Assembly (NCBI GenBank): GCA_965117055.1
Contig: OZ220750.1
Span: 301,440 to 365,439 of the forward strand
From: Alphaproteobacteria bacterium
Lineage (GTDB): Bacteria; Pseudomonadota; Alphaproteobacteria; MPNO01
Direction: 5' to 3'
DNA: 64,000 bases
Notes under the pieces: generated by a model
Told to the model about the DNA's origin: nothing
Database searches by the model: none
The model's input: the letters and a program-made list of their open reading frames with translations, nothing else
Shown: piece after piece, positions 34,795-45,306 of the stretch
How positions within the stretch are numbered: the stretch's first letter is position 1
Layout of the letters: the number at the start of each line of letters is the position of its first letter
Made by a program: the position numbers and the translations under genes

Positions 34795-36810
34795 ATGCCG
34801 ACCAGGACCGAACAAGCACCGATCGAAGGCATCGCGACGCGACGCATGGCCAACGCGATCCGCGCGCTCGCCATGGACGCGGTGGAAGCGGCCAAGTCCG
34901 GCCATCCCGGAATGCCGATGGGCATGGCAGATGCCGCCACGGTGCTGTTCACGCGCTATCTGAAGTTCGACCCGGCGGCGCCCGACTGGCCCGACCGGGA
35001 CCGGTTCGTGCTGTCGGCCGGCCACGGCTCGATGCTGCTTTACGCGCTGCTCCACCTGACCGGCTACGCCGACATGACGATGCAGGAAATCCGCCAGTTC
35101 CGGCAGCTCGGAAGCCGTACCGCGGGCCATCCGGAATACGGCCACGCGGCTGGGATCGAGACCACGACGGGCCCGCTCGGCCAAGGCATCGCGGCCGCCG
35201 TCGGGATGGCGCTCGCCGAGCGCATGCTGGCGGCCCGCTTCGGCGAGGACGCGGTCGACCACCGGACATACGCGGTCGCTTCGGACGGCGACCTGATGGA
35301 GGGGGTGAGCCATGAGGCCGCTTCTCTCGCCGGCCATCTCGGCCTCGGCAAGCTGATCGTTCTGTTCGACGACAACGCGATCTCGATCGACGGTCCGACC
35401 GCGCTCTCGGTCGCGGACGACGTGCCGGCGCGGTTCGCAGCCTATGGCTGGCACGTCTGGGCGGCCGACGGCCACGACCCGGACGCGGTCGCCGCAGCGA
35501 TCGAGGCCGCGCAGGCGGACGGGCGGCCGTCGCTGATCGCGTGCCGGACGGTGATCGGTTACGGCGCGCCGAACAAGGCGGGCACCGCCGGATCGCACGG
35601 CGCGCCGCTCGGCGAAGACGAGATTGCCGGTGCGAGGCAGGCCCTCGACTGGGACCTGCCGGCCTTCGAGCTGCCGGATGACGTGCTCGCCGCCTGGCGG
35701 GCCGCCGGCGCCCGCTCCAGGCCGGAACGCGAAGCCTGGCGCGCGCGGATCGAAGCGTTGCCGCCGGGCCGCAAGGCCGCGTTCGAGCGCGCGGTCTCGG
35801 GCGAACTGCCGGCAGGTTGGCAAGCGGCGCTCGAATCCCATGTCGACGAGCTCGTGGAGGCCCGGCCCAGGCGCGCCACCCGCCAATCCTCCGGGGAGGC
35901 GCTGAACGTGCTCGCGCCGCTGGTTCCGGAGCTGATCGGCGGGTCGGCCGACCTCACCGGGTCGAACAACACGCTGTTCAAGGACGCGGGCATCGTCACC
36001 CGCGACGACTTCTCAGGGCGATATATCCATTACGGCGTGCGCGAACACGGCATGGCCGCGGCCATGAACGGGATGGCGCTGCATGGGGGAATCGTTCCCT
36101 ACGCCGGAACCTTCCTGATCTTCTCGGACTATCTGAGACCGGCGCTTCGGCTCGCCGCGCTGATGCGGAAGCAGGCGATCTACGTGCTGACCCACGATTC
36201 GATCGGGCTTGGCGAGGACGGGCCCACCCACCAGCCGGTGGAGCATCTGGCAAGCTTCCGCGCGATGCCCAACGTGCGCGTTTTTCGCCCTGCCGACGCG
36301 GTGGAGACGGTCGAATGCTGGGCCGCGGCGCTGGCGCACCGGACCGGGCCCTCGGTCCTCGCGCTCACCCGCCAGGCCCTGCCGGCGCTGCGCGGCCCGG
36401 AGCACGATCGCGGCCTCGCCGCAAAGGGCGGCTACGTGTTGGCGGCGGCGAGCGGCGGGGCGCCCGGCGCGGTGTTGCTCGCGACCGGATCCGAGGTGTC
36501 CATCGCCTTCGAGGCCCGGACAATTCTCGAGGACGAGGGAATCCCGACCCAGGTCAGCTCGCTCCCCTGCTGGGAGCTCTTCGAGGAACAACCGGCGTCC
36601 TGGCGCCAGTCCGTGCTGGGCGGCGACGCCGTCCGCGTCGGGATCGAGGCCGCCTGCGGTCTCGGCTGGGAACGCTATCTCGGCGCCGACGGCGTTTTCA
36701 TCGGCATGACGGGGTTCGGGGCGTCCGCGCCGCACGGCGATCTCTATGAGCATTTCGGGCTGACGGCCGGAGCGGTGGCCGACGCGGTTCGGACCCGGTT
36801 GAAGGCGTAA
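34795..36810 (+). CDS. tkt: transketolase
   Basis: [15 protein letters not shown]-binding N-terminus and transketolase signature regions. Confidence 0.9.
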   Translation: MPTRTEQAPIEGIATRRMANAIRALAMDAVEAAKSGHPGMPMGMADAATVLFTRYLKFDPAAPDWPDRDRFVLSAGHGSMLLYALLHLTGYADMTMQEIRQFRQLGSRTAGHPEYGHAAGIETTTGPLGQGIAAAVGMALAERMLAARFGEDAVDHRTYAVASDGDLMEGVSHEAASLAGHLGLGKLIVLFDDNAISIDGPTALSVADDVPARFAAYGWHVWAADGHDPDAVAAAIEAAQADGRPSLIACRTVIGYGAPNKAGTAGSHGAPLGEDEIAGARQALDWDLPAFELPDDVLAAWRAAGARSRPEREAWRARIEALPPGRKAAFERAVSGELPAGWQAALESHVDELVEARPRRATRQSSGEALNVLAPLVPELIGGSADLTGSNNTLFKDAGIVTRDDFSGRYIHYGVREHGMAAAMNGMALHGGIVPYAGTFLIFSDYLRPALRLAALMRKQAIYVLTHDSIGLGEDGPTHQPVEHLASFRAMPNVRVFRPADAVETVECWAAALAHRTGPSVLALTRQALPALRGPEHDRGLAAKGGYVLAAASGGAPGAVLLATGSEVSIAFEARTILEDEGIPTQVSSLPCWELFEEQPASWRQSVLGGDAVRVGIEAACGLGWERYLGADGVFIGMTGFGASAPHGDLYEHFGLTAGAVADAVRTRLKA

Positions 36811-36825
36811 TCCGGAGGAAACCCC

Positions 36826-37836
36826 ATGGCGGTTCAGGTAGCGATCAACGGGTTCGGCCGTATCGGGCGTCTCGTGCTGCGGGCGCTCTACGAATCGGGC
36901 CGCAAGGACATCAGGGTGGTCGCTATCAACGACCTCGGCTCGCCCGACGTGAACGCCCATCTGCTGGAATACGATTCGAGCCACGGGCATTTCGAAGGCA
37001 GGATCCGGGTCACCAAGACCGGCTTCAACGTGAACGGCGACGGCATCAAGGTCTTCGCCGAGCGCGATCCGGAGAAACTTCCCTGGGCGAAGCTCGGCGT
37101 CGACGTGGCGATGGAGTGCACGGGGCTGTTCACCAGGCGGGCGGATGCGGCGAAGCACCTCGCCGCCGGCGCCGGGCGCGTTCTCATCTCGGCGCCCGCG
37201 ACGGACGAGGACATCACCGTCGTCTATGGCGTGAACGAGAACACGCTCCGCAAGTCGCACAAGGTCGTCTCGAACGCGTCCTGCACCACCAACTGCCTTG
37301 CCCCCGTCGCGGCCGTGCTTGACAAGGCGGTGGGCGTCTCGAAGGGGTACATGACGACGGTTCACGCCTATACGGGCGACCAGCGGATTCTCGACACGCT
37401 GCACAGCGATCTCAGGCGCGCGCGGGCGGCCGGACAGTCCCTGATCCCCACCTCGACCGGCGCCGCCCGGGCGGTGGGCCGCGTCCTGCCGGAGCTCGAG
37501 GGCAAGCTCGACGGCACCGCCATCCGGGTGCCCACCCAGAACGTGTCGATGATCGACTTCAAGTTCGTCGCCTCGCGCAAGACGACCGTCGAAGAGGTCA
37601 ACGCAGCGATCGAAAAGGCCGCGAAGACCAGGCGGCTCAAGGGCGTGCTGGCGACCAATGACGCCCCGCTGGTCTCGACCGACTTCAACCACAACGCCGC
37701 GAGCTCGGTCTTCGACCTGACCCAGACCCAGGTGGTCGACAGCACCCTGGTGCGCGTGCTCAGCTGGTACGACAACGAGTGGGGCTTTTCCAACCGGATG
37801 ATCGACGTCGCTGCGGCGCTCGGCAGGCTCGGCTGA
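36826..37836 (+). CDS. gap: glyceraldehyde-3-phosphate dehydrogenase
   Basis: [10 protein letters not shown]-terminus and [10 protein letters not shown] active-site region. Confidence 0.9.
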   Translation: MAVQVAINGFGRIGRLVLRALYESGRKDIRVVAINDLGSPDVNAHLLEYDSSHGHFEGRIRVTKTGFNVNGDGIKVFAERDPEKLPWAKLGVDVAMECTGLFTRRADAAKHLAAGAGRVLISAPATDEDITVVYGVNENTLRKSHKVVSNASCTTNCLAPVAAVLDKAVGVSKGYMTTVHAYTGDQRILDTLHSDLRRARAAGQSLIPTSTGAARAVGRVLPELEGKLDGTAIRVPTQNVSMIDFKFVASRKTTVEEVNAAIEKAAKTRRLKGVLATNDAPLVSTDFNHNAASSVFDLTQTQVVDSTLVRVLSWYDNEWGFSNRMIDVAAALGRLG

Positions 37837-37849
37837 AGCGGCACGGTCG

Positions 37850-39040
37850 ATGCCGCGATCCATCGACGCGCTCGCGCTCGCCGGCAAGCGGGTGCTGCTG
37901 CGCGGCGATCTGAACGTCCCGATGCGGGACGGCGCGGTAACCGACACATCCAGGCTCGACCGTCTCGCGCCAACCATCGACGAGATCTGCGACAGGGGCG
38001 CTTCGGTCGTCCTTCTGTCCCATTTCGGCAGACCGAAGGGCGAACGCGTGGCCGCGCTGTCCCTGCGCCCCCTCGTCGCGCCATTGAGCAAGGCGCTCGG
38101 CGGGCGCGAGGTCGCGTTTGCCGAGGACTGCATCGGTCCCGTGGCGGAGAACGCCACGACCGCGCTGCGGGCCGGCGACGTCCTGCTGCTCGAAAACCTG
38201 CGCTTCCACGCGGGCGAGGAAGCCAACGAACCCCGGTTCGCCCGAGCCCTCGCCGCGCTCGGCGACATCTATGTGAACGACGCCTTTTCCGCCGCCCACC
38301 GCGCGCACGCCTCCACCGAAGGGCTCGCGCATCTCCTGCCCGCGGCGGCGGGGCGGCTGATGGAGGCCGAGCTGGAGGCGCTGGCGGGCGCACTCGAAAC
38401 GCCCGCGCGTCCGCTTGCCGCGATCGTCGGCGGAGCCAAGGTCTCCACCAAGCTCGACCTCCTCGGCAATCTGCTCGACAAGGTCGATACCCTGGCGATC
38501 GGCGGCGCGATGGCGAACACCTTTCTCCACGCGCTCGGCACCGATGTCGGCGCCTCGTTGTGCGAGCGCGGGATGGTCGGCGCGGCGCGCGGAATCCTCG
38601 GAGAGGCGGACGCCTCCGGTTGCGAGATCGTGCTGCCGTCGGACGTCGTCGTGGCGAAGGCGCTGGAAGCCGGAGCCCCCGCCGAAACGGTCCCCATCGC
38701 CGCCGTGCCCGGCGATGCGATGATCCTCGACGTGGGCGTGGGGTCGGCGAACGCGCTCTCGGCGCGGCTCGCGGAATGCCGGACGCTGGTCTGGAACGGC
38801 CCGCTCGGCGCCTTCGAAGTCCCGCCCTTCGACGCGGCGACGGTGGCGGTTGCCAGGACCGCGGCGGAACTTACCGGGGCGGGGTCGCTGCGCAGCGTGG
38901 CAGGCGGCGGCGATACCGTCGCCGCGCTCTCCCACGCCGGGGTGGCGGAAGATTTCAGCTATCTCTCGACCGCCGGCGGCGCGTTTCTCGAATGGCTGGA
39001 GGGCAAGACCCTGCCCGGCGTCGCCGCCCTCGGCGGTTAG
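37850..39040 (+). CDS. pgk: phosphoglycerate kinase
   Basis: PGK N-terminal R[VG]DLNVP-type motif ([10 protein letters not shown]) plus C-terminal GGGD (AGGGDT) nucleotide-binding motif. Confidence 0.9.
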   Translation: MPRSIDALALAGKRVLLRGDLNVPMRDGAVTDTSRLDRLAPTIDEICDRGASVVLLSHFGRPKGERVAALSLRPLVAPLSKALGGREVAFAEDCIGPVAENATTALRAGDVLLLENLRFHAGEEANEPRFARALAALGDIYVNDAFSAAHRAHASTEGLAHLLPAAAGRLMEAELEALAGALETPARPLAAIVGGAKVSTKLDLLGNLLDKVDTLAIGGAMANTFLHALGTDVGASLCERGMVGAARGILGEADASGCEIVLPSDVVVAKALEAGAPAETVPIAAVPGDAMILDVGVGSANALSARLAECRTLVWNGPLGAFEVPPFDAATVAVARTAAELTGAGSLRSVAGGGDTVAALSHAGVAEDFSYLSTAGGAFLEWLEGKTLPGVAALGG

Positions 39041-40509
39041 CGGCGGTCGGGATTGCCCTCGAAACCGTCGCCGTAACCCGCCTCCTCGGCGGCCCAGCCG
39101 CCGGCGACGCGGCCGCTGAAGATCGCCGGTCCCAGCATGGTTCCTTCGAGACCGGCTTCGCCGTTGATATGTCCGCCCGCCATGCCGGCGAGCTCGCCCG
39201 CGGCGTAGAGCCCGGGGATGGGCTCGAAATGTTTGTCGAGCACGCGGCATCTGAGGTCGGTCTTCACGCCGCCGAAATTCTTGCGCGCCAGCGGGAAGAG
39301 TTGGACCGCGGAAAACGGCGGGGTGTCGAATTTCCTGGACGCGCCGAGCGGCTTGCCGAACTCCGGCTCGGCCTCGAGTCCGTCGTCGAACGCGCGGTTG
39401 TAACGGGCGACGGTGTCCAGGAAGGCGGTTTCGTCGACCTCGATCTCCCGAGCCAGCCCGTCGAGCGTGTCGGCATTGGCGATGAAGGGCGAGTCCGCGA
39501 ACAGCTCGGCGATCCGGGCGCGCGAGACCTGGCTCCCTTCCCGGTAATGGGGGTCGGCGACTTCCATCGTCCCGGTCATCCCGGCGTCCAGAATCGCCCA
39601 GGCATGGCACGGGTCCTGCGCCAGCAGCGCGGGCGTTGCCGTCGCCGCGCCCGAGAGCGCCTCGTTGTGGAAGCGGCGCCCCTGCTGGTTGACCCAGATG
39701 TAGCCGGGGGTGCCGCGGAAGACGAGGCCGCGCCGCCCGCGCGGATCGCGGTAATCGGGGGTGGCGTAGACATAGAGCCAGATATTCCCGAGATGGGTGA
39801 GGTAGCCGCCCGCCTCGTGGACCAGCGCGTGGCCCGATCCGGTGGCGTTGCGGCCCGAGCCCTCCATGATCCGGTGCCGCGCGAGGTCGGGCCTCACGTC
39901 GAGGATCATGTCGAGATTGGAGTTGAACCCGCCGGTCGCGACCAGCACGGTCCAGCAGGCGATCTCCACTTCGTCCCCGGTTTCGACATCGCGGCCTTGG
40001 AGCCCCTCGGCGCGGCCGCCTTCGATGCGGATCGCGGTGATCTCGGTGCCGGGCACGATCTCCCCGCCGCGCGCGCGATAGGCCTCGATCAGCCGGCTGG
40101 TGAGCTCATGGCCGGCTCCGCCGGGCTGGGTCCAGCGGATGACCGAATTGCCCTCCTGCGGCTTCATGTCCGTCCATTCGACCCCCAGCCGCTCCGCCCA
40201 GAAATAGAGGTCGTTGAGCGAGTGCTCGATGTAGTAGCGCGCCCAGACGGCATCGGCCGAGGGTCCGCCCCATGTCATCCAGTCGTCGAAGGCGAGGTCC
40301 GGGCTGTCCTCGATTCCCCGCTCGCGCTGCAAGGGGGAATCGACGATCAAGCAACCGCCGCCGGAGACGATCGACGCTCCGCCGGGCTCCGCCGCCATCT
40401 CGAACGCGACAGCCCGCGCACCGGCGTCGAGGGCCTCGATCCCAGCGGCCATCCCCGCGCCGCCCGCGCCCACGATCGCCACATCGGTCTCGAAACGCCT
40501 CGCACCCAT
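39037..40509 (-). CDS. FAD-dependent oxidoreductase (fumarate-reductase/KstD-like flavoprotein)
   Basis: [15 protein letters not shown] dinucleotide-binding motif; FAD_binding_2-like architecture. Confidence 0.7.
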   Translation of the reverse strand: MGARRFETDVAIVGAGGAGMAAGIEALDAGARAVAFEMAAEPGGASIVSGGGCLIVDSPLQRERGIEDSPDLAFDDWMTWGGPSADAVWARYYIEHSLNDLYFWAERLGVEWTDMKPQEGNSVIRWTQPGGAGHELTSRLIEAYRARGGEIVPGTEITAIRIEGGRAEGLQGRDVETGDEVEIACWTVLVATGGFNSNLDMILDVRPDLARHRIMEGSGRNATGSGHALVHEAGGYLTHLGNIWLYVYATPDYRDPRGRRGLVFRGTPGYIWVNQQGRRFHNEALSGAATATPALLAQDPCHAWAILDAGMTGTMEVADPHYREGSQVSRARIAELFADSPFIANADTLDGLAREIEVDETAFLDTVARYNRAFDDGLEAEPEFGKPLGASRKFDTPPFSAVQLFPLARKNFGGVKTDLRCRVLDKHFEPIPGLYAAGELAGMAGGHINGEAGLEGTMLGPAIFSGRVAGGWAAEEAGYGDGFEGNPDRR

Positions 40510-40636
40510 TGCCGCTCCATTTCCGCCGATTTGCCCAGGGCGGGGGAGCGTTTAGCACGCCGCGCGCGGTGGAAACAGCCGCGCCCTCTTTCTAGGATCG
40601 CCGCCCGGCGCCACCAAACAGCGAAAGAAGCCAAGC

Positions 40637-41539
40637 ATGAAATACCGTTACCTGGATTGGTCGATCGAATCCTCGTCGCAAAACCCCGGCGACAACGCGA
40701 TCGGCATCCTCACCCTGAATCGGCCCGACCACGCAAACGCCATCGGTCCCCGCATGACGATGGAGCTGCATCAACTGGTCGACGAGATCCGCCATTCCCC
40801 GGTCCGGGTGGTCATCGTCACCGGCGCGGGAGGCAACTTCTCGGGCGGCGGCGACCTCCAGGTCGAGACCATGCCGATGGAGGACCAGAAGGACGAATGG
40901 ACCGACTACGGCGTCAAGGGCGAGTACGGCGAGATGCTGGTCTGGTTCGCCAACGATTACTTCCACATCGTCGCCCAGCGCATGTGCCGCAAGCTGGAAG
41001 ACCTGCCGCAGGTCACCATCGCCGCGGTCGACGGGATCGCCGTCGGTATCGGGCTGGAGATGGCGGTCTCCTGCGACCTCAGGATCGCCTCGGACCGCGT
41101 GCGCTTCGCCGAGATCGCGGTGCCGGCGGGGTTCATGAGCGAATGGAGCGCGCCGCGCAGCCTGCCCGGGCTGATCGGCCAGACCAGGGCCAACGAGATG
41201 ATCCTGACCGGCCGCTTCGTGTTCGCCGAGGAAGCCGAGCGGATCGGCCTGGTCAACAAGGCGGTGCCGGCGGATACCCTCCTAGACGAGGCGCGCGCCT
41301 GGGCGGGGCGGATGTGCACCTATCCCAGCCTGGGGCTCAAATACGCCAAGGAGACCATCCGGCTCTACCAGAACCAGAACCGGCTCAAGGAACATGGCGA
41401 GGTCGAGATGGAGCGCATCTTCGAGATCACCCGCACCGCCGATTGCGCCGAGGGGATCGAGGCATTCCTGGAAAAACGCGCGCCGGTCTACCACCCGGGC
41501 GCGCCGGTCGACAAACGAGCGCGCTGGCAAGACGACTGA
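40637..41539 (+). CDS. enoyl-CoA hydratase/isomerase family protein
   Basis: Crotonase-fold (GAGGNFSGGGDL). Confidence 0.75.
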   Translation: MKYRYLDWSIESSSQNPGDNAIGILTLNRPDHANAIGPRMTMELHQLVDEIRHSPVRVVIVTGAGGNFSGGGDLQVETMPMEDQKDEWTDYGVKGEYGEMLVWFANDYFHIVAQRMCRKLEDLPQVTIAAVDGIAVGIGLEMAVSCDLRIASDRVRFAEIAVPAGFMSEWSAPRSLPGLIGQTRANEMILTGRFVFAEEAERIGLVNKAVPADTLLDEARAWAGRMCTYPSLGLKYAKETIRLYQNQNRLKEHGEVEMERIFEITRTADCAEGIEAFLEKRAPVYHPGAPVDKRARWQDD

Positions 41540-41557
41540 CCGGCGCCGATCGAAGGG

Positions 41558-42331
41558 TCAGACCCGCCCGGCGATCCCGGCGTCGAGGTCGGCGTCGCCG
41601 GAGGCAAACGCCCGCTCGGCCGCGGCGAGAAATGCTTCCGTTTCGTCCCCGGTCATGGCGCCGCGGAACATCTCCCGGCGCATCGACACGCGCTGCGCGC
41701 TGATCGCGCGGATCGCCCCGGTCATTTCCGCGAGCCCGGCCTTGTCCTCGATCAGGGAAACCGCCTCCCGCGCCATTTCCTTGTAGTGGTCGCGCTCGTC
41801 GTCGTAGATCACCTGCATCGCGCGCGCGGTCATCTCGTTCAACTCGCTGCCGGCGAGCTTCGCGCCTTCGCGGAACAGCCGCGCGCCGCCCCCCTCGGTG
41901 AAGCCCACGGCCGCGCGCTCGATCGCCGAGCCGGATCGGACATAGGACCGCCGCAGATCGCCGAGCTTCTTCTCCTCCGGCAGCTGGACCGTGTCGTCGG
42001 GCGAGATCGGCCGGCCGGCGAGGTGCTCGAACACGTCCGCCAGGAGCGAATAGTGGTTGAACTCGTCCGCGAGTTGGGTGAGTCGAAAGTGAAACTCGCG
42101 CCGCGGAATCGTCTTGTCGACCTCGGGAAAGCACTCGACGAGCGTGGCAAGCTCGCGGTGGAGCCCGTTGAAATAGCCGTCGACCGGGTTGAGTTCCTTC
42201 CAGAGCTGCGCCTTGAGGTAATAGATATGGTCGTCCTCGCTCGCCCGGGCGTAGAAGCGCCGCGCGATTTCCCCCTCGGCCTCCCAATAGGGCCAGGCGG
42301 CCGCCAGCAGGGCGTGCTCGGTACCGGTCAT
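41558..42331 (-). CDS. ferritin-like diiron-carboxylate domain protein (hypothetical)
   Basis: Two ExxH motifs (EFNHY, ERDHY) in a helical about 257-aa protein; the track ORF extends upstream but ATG at 42331 fits operon spacing. Confidence 0.4.
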   Translation of the reverse strand: MTGTEHALLAAAWPYWEAEGEIARRFYARASEDDHIYYLKAQLWKELNPVDGYFNGLHRELATLVECFPEVDKTIPRREFHFRLTQLADEFNHYSLLADVFEHLAGRPISPDDTVQLPEEKKLGDLRRSYVRSGSAIERAAVGFTEGGGARLFREGAKLAGSELNEMTARAMQVIYDDERDHYKEMAREAVSLIEDKAGLAEMTGAIRAISAQRVSMRREMFRGAMTGDETEAFLAAAERAFASGDADLDAGIAGRV

Positions 42332-42421
42332 GTCGTTCTCCGCGATGCCGCCGCGATGATAACCGCCGGCCGGCCGGCGGCAAGCGTTGCGGGGTTTCCG
42401 GCGCTTTGAGACAATGCGCCG

Positions 42422-44137
42422 ATGCCGCAACTCGAAACCGATGTGCTGGCGATCGGCGCCGGCGGCGCCGGCATGTACGCCGCGGTCGCGGCCGCCCGCG
42501 CCGGCGCGCGCGTCGTCCTCGTCGACAAGAGCCTGGTCGGACGCGGCGGCGCGACGATCATGGCGCAGATGACGGTCGCGGCGGCGGTCGGCGAGTGGGA
42601 GCCGGATCACTGGACGCATCACCTCGCCGACACGATCAAGGCCGGCCGGGGACTCTGCAACGAACGCCTGGCCGCGATCCTCTGCGAGGAGGCGCCGATC
42701 CGTATCGGGGAGATGGACGGCTGGCGGGTCGGCTGGGCCCGCGAGGACGGCCGCATGCGCGCGGTCATGGCGCCCGGCCACAAGATTCCGCGCTGCGTCT
42801 ATGTCGATTTCCTCAACACCGGACCGGCGGTCGCCAAGACGCTCCGCACACAGGTCGCGCAAGGGGCGGGGATCGCGCGGGTCAGCGGGCTCTCGATCGC
42901 CGATCTCGTGGTCCATGACGGACGGGTCGCGGGCGCGGTCGGGATCAATCTGGAGGACGGCGCGCCGGTGGGTATCGCGGCGAAGGCGGTGATCCTCGCC
43001 GCGGGCGGACTCACCCGTCTATTCCGGCGCAACAGCGCATCGGCCAATATGGGCGGCGACGCCTATGCGCTCGCGCTCAACGCCGGGGCCGAGCTGATCG
43101 ACATGGAATTTCCCCAGTTCTTCCCGATCGGCCATCTCGCGCCGAGGCTCGTCGGCATGGACCCGATCATGTGGGATCCGTTCCGCTACAAGCTCGGCGG
43201 GCGGCTGCTCAACGGGAACATGGAAGAGTTCATCGAGAACTACGGCGAGCAGGATTCGGGGGTCTATACCGCCCCCCGCGACATCACCTCCTACGCCATC
43301 ACCAAGGAGTGCGAGGCGGGGCGGGGCTCGCCCAATGGCGGGGTCTATCTGAGCTTCGAGCACATCCCCGAACCGGAGCTTCGCCTGGCCTTCGGACCCG
43401 TGATCGACCGGCTGGCGAAGAACGGGATCGACCTCACGCAACGTCCGATCGAGGTCGCTCCCATCGCGCATTACCACATGGGCGGAGTCCGGGTGGACGA
43501 GCGCATGGAAACCTGTATCGCGGACCTGTTCGCCGCCGGCGAGGCGGTCGGCGGGGCGAACGGCGCCAACCGGTTGTCCGGCAACGCGATCCCGGAGGCG
43601 TTCGTGTTCGGCGAGCGCGCCGGACGCTTCGCCGCGGAACGCCGGTTGGAAGCCGGGGCCTGGCGAAAGGAGGACGACGCACGGGCGGAGCGGCTGGTCG
43701 ATGGCGCGCATGGCAGCGGCGGCGACAAGGCGTCGGGGCTCGGCGCGCTCCTGCGCGAGTTGCAGGCGTCGATGTGGGACGATGTCGGCCTGCTCCGGAC
43801 GGGAGAAGGCCTCTCCCGCGCACTCGATCGGATCCGAGAGATGCGCGGCGGCGACCTCCCCGCCCTTGCGCCCGCGCGAAAGACGCATTTCGATCACGCC
43901 CTGCTCGATTGGCTCGATCTCCGGGCGTCGCTGCTTGCCGCGGAATCGGTCGCGCTGACCGCGCTCAACCGCAAGGAGAGCCGGGGCGCACACCAGCGCG
44001 AGGACCTCGTGGCGACCGATCCCGCCTATGCGCGGAACCAGGTGGTGAGGCTGTCGGACGACGGCGCGCTCGAATGCGACTGGGCCGGGATCGTCGAAGC
44101 GCCGCACGCGCGGGCGCCGCTCGAGGCGGCCGAATGA
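42422..44137 (+). CDS. succinate-dehydrogenase/fumarate-reductase-type flavoprotein subunit homolog
   Basis: LAIGAGGAGMYAA FAD motif, HYHMGGVRVD covalent-FAD/active-site region, RESRGAHQRED C-terminal signature. Confidence 0.8.
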   Translation: MPQLETDVLAIGAGGAGMYAAVAAARAGARVVLVDKSLVGRGGATIMAQMTVAAAVGEWEPDHWTHHLADTIKAGRGLCNERLAAILCEEAPIRIGEMDGWRVGWAREDGRMRAVMAPGHKIPRCVYVDFLNTGPAVAKTLRTQVAQGAGIARVSGLSIADLVVHDGRVAGAVGINLEDGAPVGIAAKAVILAAGGLTRLFRRNSASANMGGDAYALALNAGAELIDMEFPQFFPIGHLAPRLVGMDPIMWDPFRYKLGGRLLNGNMEEFIENYGEQDSGVYTAPRDITSYAITKECEAGRGSPNGGVYLSFEHIPEPELRLAFGPVIDRLAKNGIDLTQRPIEVAPIAHYHMGGVRVDERMETCIADLFAAGEAVGGANGANRLSGNAIPEAFVFGERAGRFAAERRLEAGAWRKEDDARAERLVDGAHGSGGDKASGLGALLRELQASMWDDVGLLRTGEGLSRALDRIREMRGGDLPALAPARKTHFDHALLDWLDLRASLLAAESVALTALNRKESRGAHQREDLVATDPAYARNQVVRLSDDGALECDWAGIVEAPHARAPLEAAE

Positions 44138-44490
44138 GGGGCGAGAGCGTCACCATCCGGGTTCGCCGGGGAACGCCCGACGAGCCGTCCCGGATCGAGA
44201 CCTTCGCCGTCCCCTACACCGAGGGCATGTCGGTGCTCGACGCGGTGATGTGGGTGCACACGCATGTCGATTCGACCCTCGCCATCCGCTACGCCTGCAT
44301 CAACGCCAATGCCTGCAAGGAGTGCATGGTCCGGGTCGACGGCAAGACCGGCTATGCCTGCACCTCCCGGCTCGGCGCGGACGGCGCGCTGATCGAGCCG
44401 CTCGACAACAAGGCGCTGATCCGGGACCTGGTGACCGACATCGTGCCGCCCAAGGAACGCCTCGCCGCGCATCTCAAGGGGGAAGGCTGA
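44134..44490 (+). CDS. 2Fe-2S iron-sulfur subunit (SdhB N-terminal-domain-like), 118 aa
   Basis: Pattern LAIRYACINANACKECMVRVDGKTGYAC matches SdhB 2Fe-2S ferredoxin-like domain; ATGA overlap with flavoprotein gene. Confidence 0.6.
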   Translation: MRGESVTIRVRRGTPDEPSRIETFAVPYTEGMSVLDAVMWVHTHVDSTLAIRYACINANACKECMVRVDGKTGYACTSRLGADGALIEPLDNKALIRDLVTDIVPPKERLAAHLKGEG

Positions 44491-44542
44491 ACCGCGGCGG
44501 CAGCTTCGGCGGTCAGGCGCAGGGCACTCGTATCGCGGTCAT

Positions 44543-44578
44543 TGACAGGCGAGAACAAAACCAATACATACAATCCGT
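44543..44578 (+). promoter_or_regulatory. sigma70-like promoter candidate (TTGACA-N17-TACATA) upstream of NYN gene
   Basis: TTGACA at 44543-44548, 17-nt spacer, TACATA (or TACAAT 4 nt further) in an AT-richer intergenic region. Confidence 0.35.
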
Positions 44579-44612
44579 AATCCGCTACGCCCGTAGGCGG
44601 GCATATTCCCGA

Positions 44613-44650
44613 GACCCCTCACGGGCCAAGCCTGTGGGGGGTCTTTTATT
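44613..44650 (+). terminator. terminator-like hairpin with U-tract; terminator of the sdhA-like operon or leader structure of NYN gene
   Basis: GACCCC...GGGGGGTC stem followed by TTTTATT, ending 1 nt before NYN start codon. Confidence 0.45.
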
Positions 44651-44651
44651 G

Positions 44652-45245
44652 ATGGCAAGAGCAGCAGTCTTCATTGACGGCGGCCATCTTCGGGTCTTGG
44701 CCAGACAGGACGAATTCAGATACGACCCCGACTTCATCGAGGCTGTCGCTCATGCCTGCGTCGACTCGGAGGAAGTGCTGCTTCGGGTCCTCTACTACGA
44801 TTGCGCGCCCTATCAAGGCAGTCTGCGACTGCCCGTTTCGGGCCATCGACAAGAGTTCGCGGGCTCCGACGAATGGCTCCGGCAACTGTCGGCCAAACCG
44901 CAATTCGCCGTTCGCCTCGGTACACTGAAGTTCCGGGGATTCGTGCCGAAGAAAGTCCCCATTTCTTCGGAACGGCTATCGGACGACGACTTTCGGCCTC
45001 GCTTCGAACAGAAAGGAGTCGACATGCGGCTGGGCCTCGACATCGCAACCTATGCCGCGGATAGATCGGTGGACCGCATTGTTCTGGTCACCGGGGATAC
45101 CGACTGTCTCCCGATCATGAAGCGTGCCCGTACGGCGGGGCTTCAGGTTGTCTTGATCCAATTGCCGGGTCAAAGACTTGCACGGGAGATGCGGTGGCAT
45201 TCGGATTTCGTCCGGTTAACGGAGTGGCCGGGACAGAGTTGCTGA
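44652..45245 (+). CDS. NYN-domain (LabA-like) predicted RNase
   Basis: AVFIDGGHL N-terminus and VLVTGDTDCLP block typical of NYN/LabA family; standalone gene. Confidence 0.6.
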   Translation: MARAAVFIDGGHLRVLARQDEFRYDPDFIEAVAHACVDSEEVLLRVLYYDCAPYQGSLRLPVSGHRQEFAGSDEWLRQLSAKPQFAVRLGTLKFRGFVPKKVPISSERLSDDDFRPRFEQKGVDMRLGLDIATYAADRSVDRIVLVTGDTDCLPIMKRARTAGLQVVLIQLPGQRLAREMRWHSDFVRLTEWPGQSC

Positions 45246-45306
45246 CAGTCAAGCAATCCTGACCGGCGCCCGGCAGCGATTTACAGCGTCCTTCCGAGTA
45301 TCGCCG

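Noticed and set aside
33085-35886. 933-aa minus-strand ORF
   Set aside because: It is antisense to the 3-hydroxyacyl-CoA dehydrogenase and transketolase genes, which have strong family motifs; no recognisable domains.
36013-38268. 751-aa minus-strand ORF
   Set aside because: It is antisense to tkt/gap/pgk and is a low-complexity GC3-driven open frame.
38560-41703. 1047-aa plus-strand ORF
   Set aside because: It spans pgk, the antisense of the FAD oxidoreductase and the ECH gene in a different frame; a compositional artefact.
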